In this document: piece by piece, positions 13,664-25,048 of the stretch
How the letters are laid out: each line of letters begins with the position of its first letter
How positions within the stretch are numbered: position 1 is the stretch's first letter
NCBI GenBank assembly: GCA_022813965.1
Contig: JALDZS010000009.1
Location: 124,001-188,000, forward strand
Direction: 5' to 3'
Origin: Toensbergia leucococca
Taxonomy: Eukaryota
Length of the DNA: 64,000 bases
Position numbers and translations under genes: made by a program
Notes under the pieces: model-generated
Told to the model about the DNA's origin: nothing
The model's database searches: none
The model's input: only the letters and a program-made list of their open reading frames with translations

Positions 13664-15931
13664 TCAGACTCTCTCAAAACTACTTACTTTCTCCGTATCC
13701 TTCGAACCCACGTCTTCAACACTCACGCCTCTCGCCCATCTCTTCCCAACCAACGCATGTACCCAAGAACTCAAGACCAAAGATCCTAGTATCCACCAAG
13801 CCATGAATCTCAAAATGATACCCTGCGCGTCCGCGCCGCTAAGCCACCCGGCTCCTATTCCGGCGGTGCCTCCAGTCACCATGAAAAGGTCTTGGTGCTT
13901 GTGGTCTTTGTGGAGCTGGTAGTATGTCATTGTTGCCATTCCGTAGACAAAAGTTGCTGTGAGGAAGAGGGTGGGCGAAGGGTTCGAAAAGGTCTCGGGA
14001 AGCCGGTCGTCCAGTGCTTGAGAGGCAGTCTTGTACTGTGGTTAGCGTTGTGACTTTTTATTTACTGTTTGTACCTACAAGAGCCAATCTTTGGAGACTG
14101 TGCCAGCCTGAGCACATCAGATCCACGTCTGTCGATAGTTCTCTATCTTGCGACTTGTTCCAGAACCAGGCTTCGTTGGCTGAATTGATGTCGTTCCATG
14201 TTCGGTTTGAACGAGGTTGGCCATAAGCGGAGATGGCTCGACAGCAGACGTAGCCAACCGCAACGGCAGAATATTCGATCAATTTTGTTCTAGTTCTGAC
14301 GAAACATGATGAATGGGACCTATATTGGCATACGGGAAAAATGCCCTCAAAGTCTGGGGTTAGGCTTCTGACGCCTTTAAGTCGTTTGTCAGGAGCGTCC
14401 ATATGATTTCTGATCAAGAAGCTCTTCTCGGACCACTTGATGTCTTCGACAGGAAAGTAGCCACCTTGGCTTATCATACCTCCAGGCCGTTCGACTTCTG
14501 GATGATAGAAGCTATCAACGTCGAATCTTGAGGTGGGCATATGTGATTGAGGCACGCGTCCAGCAAGGAAAACGTCCCATAGCTTAGAGGCTGAGTCAAC
14601 ATCTCCAAGTAATCGACATCCTACGATCAACCACGAGTAATTAGATTGAAGAGCCAGCAGAGAAAGGGTCAGGCATTTATTACCTGTTCCAGTTATAACA
14701 ATAGGCTCTGGACTGGGAACATGTCCAAATTTGCCAGCACTTTCGGTGAGCATCTCGATCAAAGCACGTTTTCCCGCGCCCTGTATGCCTGATATTCTGT
14801 TAGAATATACCATCTCATTCAAATAAATTCACACACACCTGTCTCGCCAACAAAAGATACCAGTACGGGATATTGTGATACGTTCTTCAACGCACTACCT
14901 GCCACTCTGACTTCAGTGATAGAGTGCAAATAGACACTTCCGGTGATATTGTGTTTCTCGTCGAAGAAGGTCTCAGGGGAGTCGGTGACCCTCTCGAGGA
15001 TCTCATCGTCGCTCACATAGGTATCACCGAGTCCTGGAGTATCCACTAGGTAGATCTGACTATTGTGGATCCGAAAGAGTTTATGTTCGAAGGTGCCTGA
15101 AGACATGAGATTAAACGTTCGAAAAGCTGATATGGGAAAGAAGCGGCGAAACGTACAGGATGCCGAAGACTCTCCAAGAACTGGAAGCTCATCAAGACAG
15201 GCTCTGATGAATGTGCTTTTCCCACAACCAGTTGTACCCAATATAGCAATATTGATAGGCGAAGATTGCGCCTGAGCATTTTCATCCTTGCCCCACTCGC
15301 CGTTGAGCAGCGATACTTTCTTGTAATCCACATCAATATCAGCGTATTGACTTGGTGTATTGCGAAAATCGATCTTGTGTTTTGCTTCGGTCACTCCTGG
15401 ATCATCGACGTCGATGTCGAGAGTGTGACGTTGGATTATCATATCCAAAGCCCTTAGCGCACTACAGCGATCGTCATTCCCACAGTTCTCATCTCAACCG
15501 CGAAGCTCGCCAGAAAAGCTCAATTGGGATTATCATAGCACTTACCTGTCTAAGTCTTCTCGCAGCTCTCGTATCCTGTCCCGCCAAAGCCTGAATCTCG
15601 CTGGATTTCGACGAGTCTCGAAATCTATCACTCTGAAACCTTTGTACTCTCTCAGGCATTCTTCGAAGGTCTCACGAATCCGACGCAGTGTCGCTGCCAC
15701 CTGAATGCCAGCTTGAATCTCAGCTGTTGGTGAAGCTGTCGGCTGGTGTTTGTACAGGTCTCGTGTATTCAAATGTCCCATCCGCAACAGGTCTCCTTGT
15801 AGTGCCTGAAGCTCTCCTACGACTTCTCGATACTCGGATTTAGCTTCTATCGAGCTCTTGAGCGCTTCGCAGGCACGTCTTGCCAGGCTCCATGCCGCGA
15901 TGACGTCTCCTACCCCGAATCCGAACGACAT
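13664..15931 (-). CDS. Mosaic protein: HeLo-like/fungal STAND N-terminal domain + truncated P-loop GTPase + PKS ketosynthase N-terminal fragment + hydrophobic C-terminus
   Basis: Predicted introns 15545-15462, 15156-15097, 14838-14789, 14683-14621 and 14078-14036 (all GT..AG) join four separate track ORFs in one frame. Motifs: MSFGFGVGDVIAA, GTTGCGKS/DTPG, EPIVITGTGCRLLGDV..SRFDVDSFYHP..GGYF. Confidence 0.65.
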
Positions 15932-16680
15932 AGCTAGAGGCTGTGCGAAGTGTGTGAGGCTGGCTTCAAATATACAACACGCAGTTTGAGAAATTCATAG
16001 ATGAGGGTTTTCCTGGACGAAGAGAAGATGGTTGAGAATCGTGTCTGATGGGGTAGCGGAAGGTACCGTGGTGGGCTTCCAGCCGCGACTGCATACTGGG
16101 CACGAGGCTGTGCAACTGTTTACCTCTCAACCCAAGGCATTACGACTGCTCGTACATTCAACTCCCATCGATTCAAACACCACGGCAATCTCTAAAAGAG
16201 CTGCTGAGGACGATAACCACATCTTTGGCCCCTAAATGTCTAGTTAACCACAACCTGTTGCAACTGCCGGCGAGTTGGTCACTACATCAAGAGCGAAGAT
16301 ATCTACGAGTTGAACAACGCAATCCCATACAACTTGGCTCACGTTGTGTTGAGATTTGAAACCCATTGGCAACAACCCTACAATTCCCAAACGCTTCAAT
16401 GGGGCATACTGGTGTGTTATGATCCAACAGCAGAGGCAGTCCATAACTAATGACAATTGGAAGTGGCAGCCGACAATAATCACTCAAGTTTCACGGATTG
16501 TGAGACATTCAATCCAAAAAGTGTCCAGAACGTTCAGAATGAGCCAGATCAATCTGTCAAGGTGTAAGTTTCCGTTGTCTATACCGTGCGAGTCATGGAT
16601 TAACATCGATTAGCCTTCAAGATACGCCAGGCAGCGACTACTTCAACCCTTTTCTTCCCAAACCCGTTGGAACCGGATTT

Positions 16681-17983
16681 GTGGAGCAGCCCAATGCCAT
16701 CCCAACGTCTTGGGTCGGCCAACTCAGTCTCCGGGAAATAATCACCGAGAGACTCAACCAGCATTGCCAAGGATATCGAGGTCTCGCCGCGTTCCTAGAC
16801 AGTGATGAAGCCTTCATGTGTTATCGTCGGTTCGGCTTTCTTAATTCTCGACTGATTCTTCAGAGACAAGATGAGCTTCTACAGCTTGAAAATAATCTAA
16901 AAATCCTCGACCAACTTGATGAACTGGACACATCCACTGGCCATCAGCGAGATTTTCTAGATGGATTTAACGGTCAGAATTTGGTATCGCCGTTGGTTTG
17001 CCCTCGCCTCAGTCGAGGGAACGAGCAGTCTGTAGACTGTATCAACGGGAGTAAAGAACCCATTATACGGAAAGCCAAAGTAGGATGGCATCTCCAAGCG
17101 GCAGGGCGAAGATCATACTCCACTACCAAAGCGCGAAGGTACGTCAGTCATTCTTGGACAGAAGTGTTTTTGCTAACAACGATCGCTCCCTCAAGATCTA
17201 GCAAGAAGAACACTTTGACACTCTTAGCTGCAGTTGCAGCTTTGGGTTTGCCAACAGTAGCAGCGATTAGCACGGGTGATATGATACGCGATGGAACACG
17301 AATTATATCAGGAACCGTAGCCGCATTGTCGGGCGCGGCCCTCATACCACTGCAAAGCAGTACCCACCCCGTTCCTAGTCAGGATGACCAGAACACCATG
17401 ATCAAAGGGTTAGCCTTATTCGCATGTGAGAGATAAATTCCGGAGCTGAATGAATGTACAGGGTAGTAGTGGTTTGGATTGTGACTGCAGTGACCTACAT
17501 CTGCCTCCAGTATTTCCACATCGCACGGAGACGAGAAAGGTAATCTCCTCTTTTCTCACAAGACCCCTAGTCTCTTTTGATAAGCGAACGACTGACCTGC
17601 AATCCAGATACCTCTTCGCCACCCTCCTTCTCGCCGCGCACTTCATCGTTGCTCTCGCCCAAACAGCCAAGACCGCCATCGAAGGCATCCTAAACTTCGG
17701 CCCGGTCGTCTTACCCGTGAGCGCCTATCTCGTTTCGCTGCTCTTCCGCAAGCGCCCTAGGGCTCGGACTGGCCATGTCGAGGATGGACATGATGCTACC
17801 GATCATCAGGGGCCTGCTCTAAGCACTGGTGTCTCGTCGACCAACGATTTGAGGCTGCAGCATTTGCCGCCGCGGGTGGAACCCCCCATCGAGCCATCAT
17901 CTGCTGCTGGCGCAGAGGCTGGGGAGGATGATATTGGCGTGCAGGCGATTGGTGCATTGCTTTCTGCGTCATTCGGGTCTTGA
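16681..17983 (+). CDS. Membrane protein with a partial DUF6594-like segment (multi-exon; 5' end uncertain, possibly ATG at 16539)
   Basis: GYRGLAAFLDSDEAFMCYRRFGFLNSRLILQRQDELLQLE matches the recurrent fungal DUF6594 N-terminal motif; hydrophobic segments follow in the two downstream ORFs. Confidence 0.55.
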
Positions 17984-18564
17984 GCCCAGGGTCCACCTAG
18001 TGATGGGCTAGTGGTTTTTTTGCGGCGTTTTTCTTGTTCGGCTACTTGGGTACCGCCTCATAGCGACGGTCGGGATATGGCTGGCCTGTAAATAGGATGG
18101 CCCGGCGGCTAAAATTCAAGATCAAGATTTAAGGACTGAAAGCTTTGGACAGATATTGCTGATTGAGTAGCCACCCTCACTGCTGATCGTTGTCGTTGGA
18201 CCTAGTCCACCATTCTTCTAGAAAATAATGGAATCCTTTCCCTTTTCCCACTGGAAACACACGGGTTTCATCATTTGCAAAAGGGAGTTCCCGTTGCGGA
18301 AAGCAAGATCAACATCTAATGCTCATATTCTGGGGGAAAAGGGGTAAAAAAGTTCAAGGGCATGATAGTGGTGGTGGTCATTAAACCCAAGCTCTCTCCA
18401 GAAAAAAAGCGCTAGCTTTAAAGGTCTAAAGAACATACAATTCGCCATTGCAAGCTCCGTGTTCCAAGTCGTCTAATCATCAAGACTCTCTACCCACCTC
18501 TCCCCAAGAAGACCTTTTATAATCCCCAAACCGCTTTACCCCTCTCTGATCCTCCCCAACCGCC

Positions 18565-19448
18565 TCAAGCCGTAACCCTCCACACCTCCCCCCACCCCAA
18601 CGCCCCCGCCGCAAATCCCAACACGCCCTCCACGTTCGGAGACACGCACCCGCCCTCCAAGCTATAATGCAGCGTCAGAGGCGCATAGGCGGCATTAACG
18701 CCCAGCTCCCTCCACCACCTCTGCTCCACCTCCTTCGCTACCCCCTTCCCCTCCCTCCCCGCCCCCTTCCATTTCACCTCCTTCCACACCTCCTTCCCCC
18801 CCTTCTCCCCCACCTCCTCCTCCCGCCCCCACAACCACCTCTCCCTCCCCAGCCTCAAAAACTCCAGCCCCACATGCCCCATCCAAAACCTCCCGCTCCA
18901 AACCCACCACTTGCCGCACCTCTCCGCGCTCCAGCCAACCAGCACCCCCTTCCCCGCCAAATAGGCCCCGTTCTCCAGGACCTGGTACAGGATGTTCACG
19001 ACCACCTGCGCCCAGGCGATGAGTTTGAGATAGGGGTCGCGGGGCGGGGAGAGCCAGGTTGAGTGGGCCCAGGTGGTGAGGCCGAGGAGGCCCCAAAGGC
19101 GCAGGAAGATGCGCACGTCGGAGATGAGGGCTATTAGGGGCGGGAGGGAGATTTTGGAGAGGAGGAAGGAGTGGGATAGGGGGGGTGTTTTGGAGAGGAG
19201 GGTTAGGGTGTAGGAGAGGGTTAGGAGGGTTTTGTCCAGGTGGGGCGTTGTGGCGAAGCAGCTGTTGTGGGCGGTAGTTAGATTGGTTGTGTGGGGGTTT
19301 TCTTTTTTGGGGGGATGGGGGGGTAGGGGGTGGGGTACCGGTCTAGGTGGGCGATTTGGGTGGTTGTTGTTTTGAGATTGGTTGGGAGGGTGGAGAGGAG
19401 GGTGTGGAGGGCTGAGGGGAGTTTTGACTTTGAGTTTGGGGAGGCCAT
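18565..19448 (-). CDS. Peroxisomal biogenesis factor 11 family (Pex11C-like)
   Basis: ATG at 19448, one intron near 19262-19338, then LDKTLLTLSY, LISDVRIFLRLWGLLG, YQVLENGAYL, WSGRFWMGHVGLEF and NAAYAPLTLHYS, as in fungal Pex11C-type proteins. Confidence 0.8.
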
Positions 19449-19921
19449 TGGGGCGGAGTGGGGCGATTGGAGGTAGGGTTATGAGGGAGAAGGGAGAGGC
19501 ATGTGAGTTTTGAGGTGGTGGTGATGATAGCTGATGATAATTATGGAGAATAATATAGGGTTATGAATATAAGAGGGTTTTGTTGTAGGACTTAATGAGG
19601 AGCCAAAGGTCGGGAGTGAGATGTGACATTGAGAGGTGATTGCTTTTGCCGAGCTGACACTCGATAGCCCTATCTTCATGGGCCTCTTGGCACGAGCACG
19701 TCATAGGAGCATGGGTCGAAGGATTTGACCCCTTTTGACGCCTTTAAAATACTTTATAGAATCATTCGTGAACACTGAACGGGCCATTTGAGCTACTTCC
19801 GTTCAGACTCTAATATGTTCAAACGGCCCTCAAAGATTACAGCCACGTTCGAGCAAAGTACAGTTCATCCATCACCAGCCAGATACAACGAAAGCTTTCC
19901 CCTGATATCGATAATCTTCTC

Positions 19922-21259
19922 TCAAACAGACATAATAATATCTGCAATCTCAAAATCTACCGCCTCCTCCGTGACCGCGACACCGTCTCCCACTTCGACT
20001 TCCCCTTCCTGATCTTCCAGTCCATCCATGCCATCGTGCCCAGGAAGTATTGCGTTTGAAGCCTCCGAAAGAAGCTCGTCGTTTAATTGTCTCCACAACG
20101 CCATGTCGAACTCTGCTGCATCTACTTCTCGTATCTTCGTCTTCCTGCTGGCTCTCGCGCCATGTTTGCGGGATGAAGAACGATGACGGCGATTTTGGAT
20201 GAGCATTCCTCGAAACGCACGCTTCATGCTATGACGAAAGCCTCTGCTCTCTGGCTCAACCTTCGCATCTGCCAAGTCGTATGAGTCGTCAGTTCTGTGG
20301 GTGCTTGTTAGGGATGTGGTATTGATGATCGAGTCTCTGTCCCTAAATGGCGAGTACGTTCCGATGCTATTACGGGCTGGTCGTCGGGGTTCAGTCAAGC
20401 CCAATTTTCGTATCATGCTTGCAGATGGAAGAGGTCGTTGGTCATTTTCAAAGGTCATGATTGGGAGAGGGCCTTCTCGCTCGAAGATGTGCTCAAAAGT
20501 CTGCCAGGCACGATCACGGTAGGTTGGACGACAGGTCTGGCAGCATTTGTAAAGACAAAATGGGAACAATCTAGGCTTGTTTTCCTCCAGAGAGGATTCA
20601 TCGGTTATTGGGACTCCTTCCGATTCCGTAACAATGGGATATGGTAGATGAGGATTCGAGTCGACACAAGGTGAAGAGATGGCGGATCGAGATGGAAAGG
20701 TAAAGGCATCGAGAGCTTGGACGTCCTTAAAGTGCGTCTCTGCTGCTGCGATAGTGACTTTGACCTTCTGTCTTTGGTCTCTCAGCAATATGACCTGCTC
20801 GGAAGTGTAATGACCTTCTTGGATAGCCTTCTCCATCCAAGGGCTCAATTGAACCACCGATGACTCTTGCTGCCCCGATGACTCGTCTAAGTGATCGACT
20901 TCCATAGTACCTAGAGGTTCTTTAAGTCTAGAGGCACTCTCCTCATCTTGTGTGCATTTGTAAAGCCAGCCCATACGTGAGGGACGTTTACAGTTGATAC
21001 AACAGTCGTTTCCATAACACCTTTCCATAGTCAGGTGGGTGCATGCTGCCCGGCGTGCTTGGAGCGATGCTACCTTGACAGTAGATGTTGAGGATGGAGG
21101 TCGAGGTGGCGACCTTTGAGCGGACGAACGTCGACGAGTTGAGCCTTTCACCACCATGTCTCGTAAATTGATGGCGTTTTGTTTCACAGTCTCCCAGACG
21201 AATTCAATTGGCTCATCCTCGACGGTGGGCATTCGGCGTAGGGCTGGCCTTGTCGCCAT
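19922..21259 (-). CDS. Fungal hypothetical protein with Cys clusters
   Basis: Intact 445-aa ORF with CTHLTM, CINC, WLYKCTQD, CCQTCRP and an acidic tail GVAVTEEAVD; function not recognised. Confidence 0.8.
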   Translation of the reverse strand: MATRPALRRMPTVEDEPIEFVWETVKQNAINLRDMVVKGSTRRRSSAQRSPPRPPSSTSTVKVASLQARRAACTHLTMERCYGNDCCINCKRPSRMGWLYKCTQDEESASRLKEPLGTMEVDHLDESSGQQESSVVQLSPWMEKAIQEGHYTSEQVILLRDQRQKVKVTIAAAETHFKDVQALDAFTFPSRSAISSPCVDSNPHLPYPIVTESEGVPITDESSLEENKPRLFPFCLYKCCQTCRPTYRDRAWQTFEHIFEREGPLPIMTFENDQRPLPSASMIRKLGLTEPRRPARNSIGTYSPFRDRDSIINTTSLTSTHRTDDSYDLADAKVEPESRGFRHSMKRAFRGMLIQNRRHRSSSRKHGARASRKTKIREVDAAEFDMALWRQLNDELLSEASNAILPGHDGMDGLEDQEGEVEVGDGVAVTEEAVDFEIADIIMSV

Positions 21260-22317
21260 TGCGTGTCGAGGAGTGGGAATGGATTAGATGAAATGATGGA
21301 CCCTTGTTGTGAGCTCTAGGGCCAGGGGTGCCTACAGAATCTTCTTTTTTTTGAGAGCTGACTTTAGGAGACAAGGGAAATTAAGGTATCAACAGAGTGA
21401 TAATGATTCACAAGTTGGATTCAAATCAAATGAAGCAAGTCACTAGAAAAGGAATGGAGTCAAGTCCTGTTAACAAAGGGAAGATTCAACTCCACTTCCA
21501 TGGCCATAGGCATTATTATGGTTGGCAATTGATTGTGATATCAGATTTCAAAAGTACAATAAGACAACACATGGCTATGCACTGTCGGGTTAATACCATG
21601 CTGGGCATGCAAGGGGTTTGCTTCATTTAGCTGTGAATCAGCAGAACCTTTTCTACTCCTCTCTTTCATCTTTGGACAGTAGTCGTGTCTTGTTTGCGTT
21701 GGAGCCCTACATTGAAACTCCTGGAGGGAGAAAGAGAAAGATCTTGAGACCCAGATCGCAAGTGAACGAGACTTGAATTCGAGACCTCAAAGTAAACATG
21801 AACCATTGAACTTATCTCAGCAACTAATTCTTCCAAATTCGATTACATTGTTACACCGAGTTGTCAGGCAGAGAATTATCAGCAATGACTTGGTGAATGG
21901 CAGATTTCTAAAGGGAGGAGTAAGTGCTGAGATTTTTTGTGCCGAGGCGATTTATCCTTGTCCCTTCCCGCCACCAGTTCCCCCGAGCTTGAACCATCAC
22001 AAAACTCTTGCATCGGACATCTTCGCGTGGAAGGAACATCTCAAAACCATTCTTCCGCTAGATGCTGATCGAATTACCTGCATGTGTTGTAATTCATACT
22101 CGTGTTCTTAGCCAAAGTCGGCCCTGCTTGTAATCCATTATCAGCCTACTCCTCGCCTCGTCTACGAATCGTCACCCTCGTCTTGGCGCGACCCAATTGA
22201 CAACAAACACCCTCAGCTCGAATATTCATATCGAACATCTCGATCGCATCCTATTAGGCTTGTTACGGGCGAAAAACGTTCCATATCGCACCATCGATCT
22301 AATTCAAGCGGACAATC

Positions 22318-23295
22318 ATGTCGGTCAAATTCGAGAAGGAGACGATAAGAAATGCGCCCTTACCGGGCGGCATCGGTGGTGCCTTACCCGGAGGCATAGC
22401 TGGAGGTATAGCTGGGAGCATACTTGGAGAGCAGGGGAAAGACATTGCTCATAACCTGGGCGAGAAGCTGACTGGAGGTGATACCCAGACCGGTTACCTG
22501 GCCGTGAGTAGAGCCTGTTCAATCGAAGAAAACCATTCCGTGATACGTCGATAGGCTAACGCAACTCAGGCCTATCTCAAACAGCTCCAGGATAACCCCC
22601 TACGTACTAAGATGCTCACATCCGGTTCCTTATCAGCTTTACAAGAAGTCCTCGCGTCTTGGATCGCGCATGATCGCAGCAAGAGCGGTCATTACATCAG
22701 TTCCCGAGTTCCAAAGATGGCTGTCTACGGCGCTTTTGTCAGTGCTCCGTTGGGCCATCTATTGATCAGCATTCTCCAGAGGATGTTTTCCGGCAGGACC
22801 AGCTTGAGAGCAAAGATCCTACAGATTGTGGTCAGCAATTTAATTGTAAGAGTGCCTTGAATCATTGACAGCCATGGCAGGAGTCATGTGCTGATGTATC
22901 TTGCTCTAGATCTCCCCTATTCAGAACACAGTATACCTTGCTTCAATGGCGGTCATTGCTGGTGCGAGAACATTCCATCAAGTTCGGGCCACGGTCAAGG
23001 CAGGCTTCATGCCGGTGATGAAGGTCAGCTGGGTCACATCGCCATTGGCCCTGGCGTTTGCTCAGAAATTCCTACCCGAGCAAACGTGGGTTCCGTTCTT
23101 CAATATCATTGCGTTTGTAATTGGTACCTACATCAATGCACATACCAAAAAGAAGAGATTGGCTGCGCTACGGAAGAAGGTACGTGAACCTTAAATCGAT
23201 TGCTTGATACAAGTGCTGATGAATGACTCAAGCACTATGGTGACGGACGAAGTGACTCGGGACGTACTGGCGACTATCCAAGGCGTGATTATTAG
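22318..23295 (+). CDS. Mpv17/PMP22 family peroxisomal membrane protein
   Basis: Four exons reading MSVKFEKE..GYLA / AYLKQLQDNPLRTKMLTSG..APLGH / SPIQNTVY..WVTSPLALAFAQKFLP..WVPFFN..GTYIN / HYGDG..RRDY*. Confidence 0.92.
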
Positions 23296-23821
23296 GGGCA
23301 GATTTCCTTGGAGTATGATCGGAACATGTTTCATTTAATCGTGTTTAATCTCAATGACTAAATTGGCAACATTCAGGGAGGTGACAATGTCTCTTGGTCC
23401 TTTGTTGTGCTGGATATCATGTCCAGCTTGTTAGCTGTGAATAATTTAGCTTCTTGACGTTCATACAGATATGATTGCAAAATGTCTTTTTTACGAGCTA
23501 CAAAAGACTGCGACGCAAGGCGTCACTTTCCGCAACAACTTTATTCTGCCAATACATTGTTCGCTGACTGGCAAACATTTTCACTTCTTTCGCAGTCACC
23601 AAGTGTTAATACCAACTGGAGACTGCCAAGAGCTTGGCCAACAAGCTGAGAGTTGTTTCAAGTCTGTCTAGCATTGAAAACAGATCCGAGTATATAAGGC
23701 TAGAATCACATTGATGTGTCTTTAGTACTTGCGCTCCTGAAGCTTCAAGAAAGGCTTGCCGCGGCATCAATCGACTGAAATACGTACTCCTAGAGAGTCA
23801 ACTGAGAAACACGAATAGCAG

Positions 23822-24949
23822 ATGGCTGCTGCGAATAAAGGCAACGGAAAGCATGAGCCGAGTACGTCTAAAACGAAAAAGCTGTCGGGTATTGTCGCGC
23901 CTTTTTCCACGAAATTGGCCAAGGACGCTGTATTGCATGGCAGTGGGGAGTCGTCCCTAAGGTTTGTGGTCTTGTTCTGCTACCACATACGGTCGCTAAT
24001 CCAACAAAGTGGTACTGTGACTCGGCAGCCTACGTCTCCTAGGGAATGTAGGATACCCTATAAGCATTCAGGGCCCGGCAGATTTTCTCCTTATCGACGG
24101 CATTATCGGAACAGAGAAGAAATGAGGGAAGCTCGGCCTTTCGATGTATTTTCAGAAAACTCACCGAGAACAGTGCAGATTTTAAATACTCCCGATCAAC
24201 ACTAGGGTAGATGCTGTTGTCTATTTTCTTGCCTTATCCGCGAAACGCCATTCAAGAAAGCAGACAATATTCGACGCGATAACACAGGTTGCTATATTGC
24301 ACTTGACAGGCCTCCATTGCGCAAGTCCCAGCGATTTTGTTGAAACATTGGAGTGGATTTGCGAAGCGATAGATAAACATGTCGATCATAGTGTGTGGAA
24401 TTTGATTCGAGGTAGGGCTCTTAGGTCAAGCGGATTGACGTGTGCCGCTAACAACGAAACACTGCAGGAATTGATGGAAATTATGGAAAAGCCAAACTTT
24501 GCGAAAGGCCTGCTTTACATAGTCACATCGGCCTTGGGTAAGGTGCGGGTAAATTGAAAAGACGTCGGGAATTTACATGATAACAGCAATTGAGGGAACC
24601 CATCTTTTCCACCATTCGCCAAACTACTAAATTCCTAGATCAAATCACCATTGAATCAGTACCAGTAGTTCAAGAAAATCAACTCGGAGCCAAACCTTTT
24701 TGTCATCTTTTTAATTTACCTTCATCTCTCTGTATCCTGTTGTGCACGATGGAACTGGACAGCTCCTTCTTCATTCCCCAAACCATGTTTGATGTCACAA
24801 CTTGGGCTTATTATGCAAACAGGAACACGGCCAAATCTCAACGTGGTTTACGGAAAATGTTTTTCGTGGCAGTCAGGTCCGATTGCCAGGTCGATGGCTG
24901 TTTTCCAGAATTCACCCATCTATATAGAGATGACTCAAGTCGCCATTAA
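23822..24949 (+). CDS. Hypothetical protein, probably multi-exon
   Basis: Chain of same-strand ORFs (23822, 24297, 24590) separated by intron-like segments (e.g. GTGCGG..TAACAG near 24543-24586). No recognisable domain; exon structure unresolved. Confidence 0.35.
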
Positions 24950-25048
24950 TTCTCCTATTCTCATCTCATCAGACTGTCCAGAACAATCTCATGGCAAAAT
25001 CCTCGCCCTTTGAGTTACTGACATAGATTAGATCCCATCGCTAACATC

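Noticed and set aside
14058..14822. A polyketide biosynthetic gene cluster
   Set aside because: Only a short KS N-terminal fragment without catalytic residues; no AT, KR, ACP or tailoring genes nearby.
19100..19500. Telomere-like or satellite G-rich sequence
   Set aside because: No regular TTAGGG periodicity; it is the antisense strand of the PEX11-family coding region.
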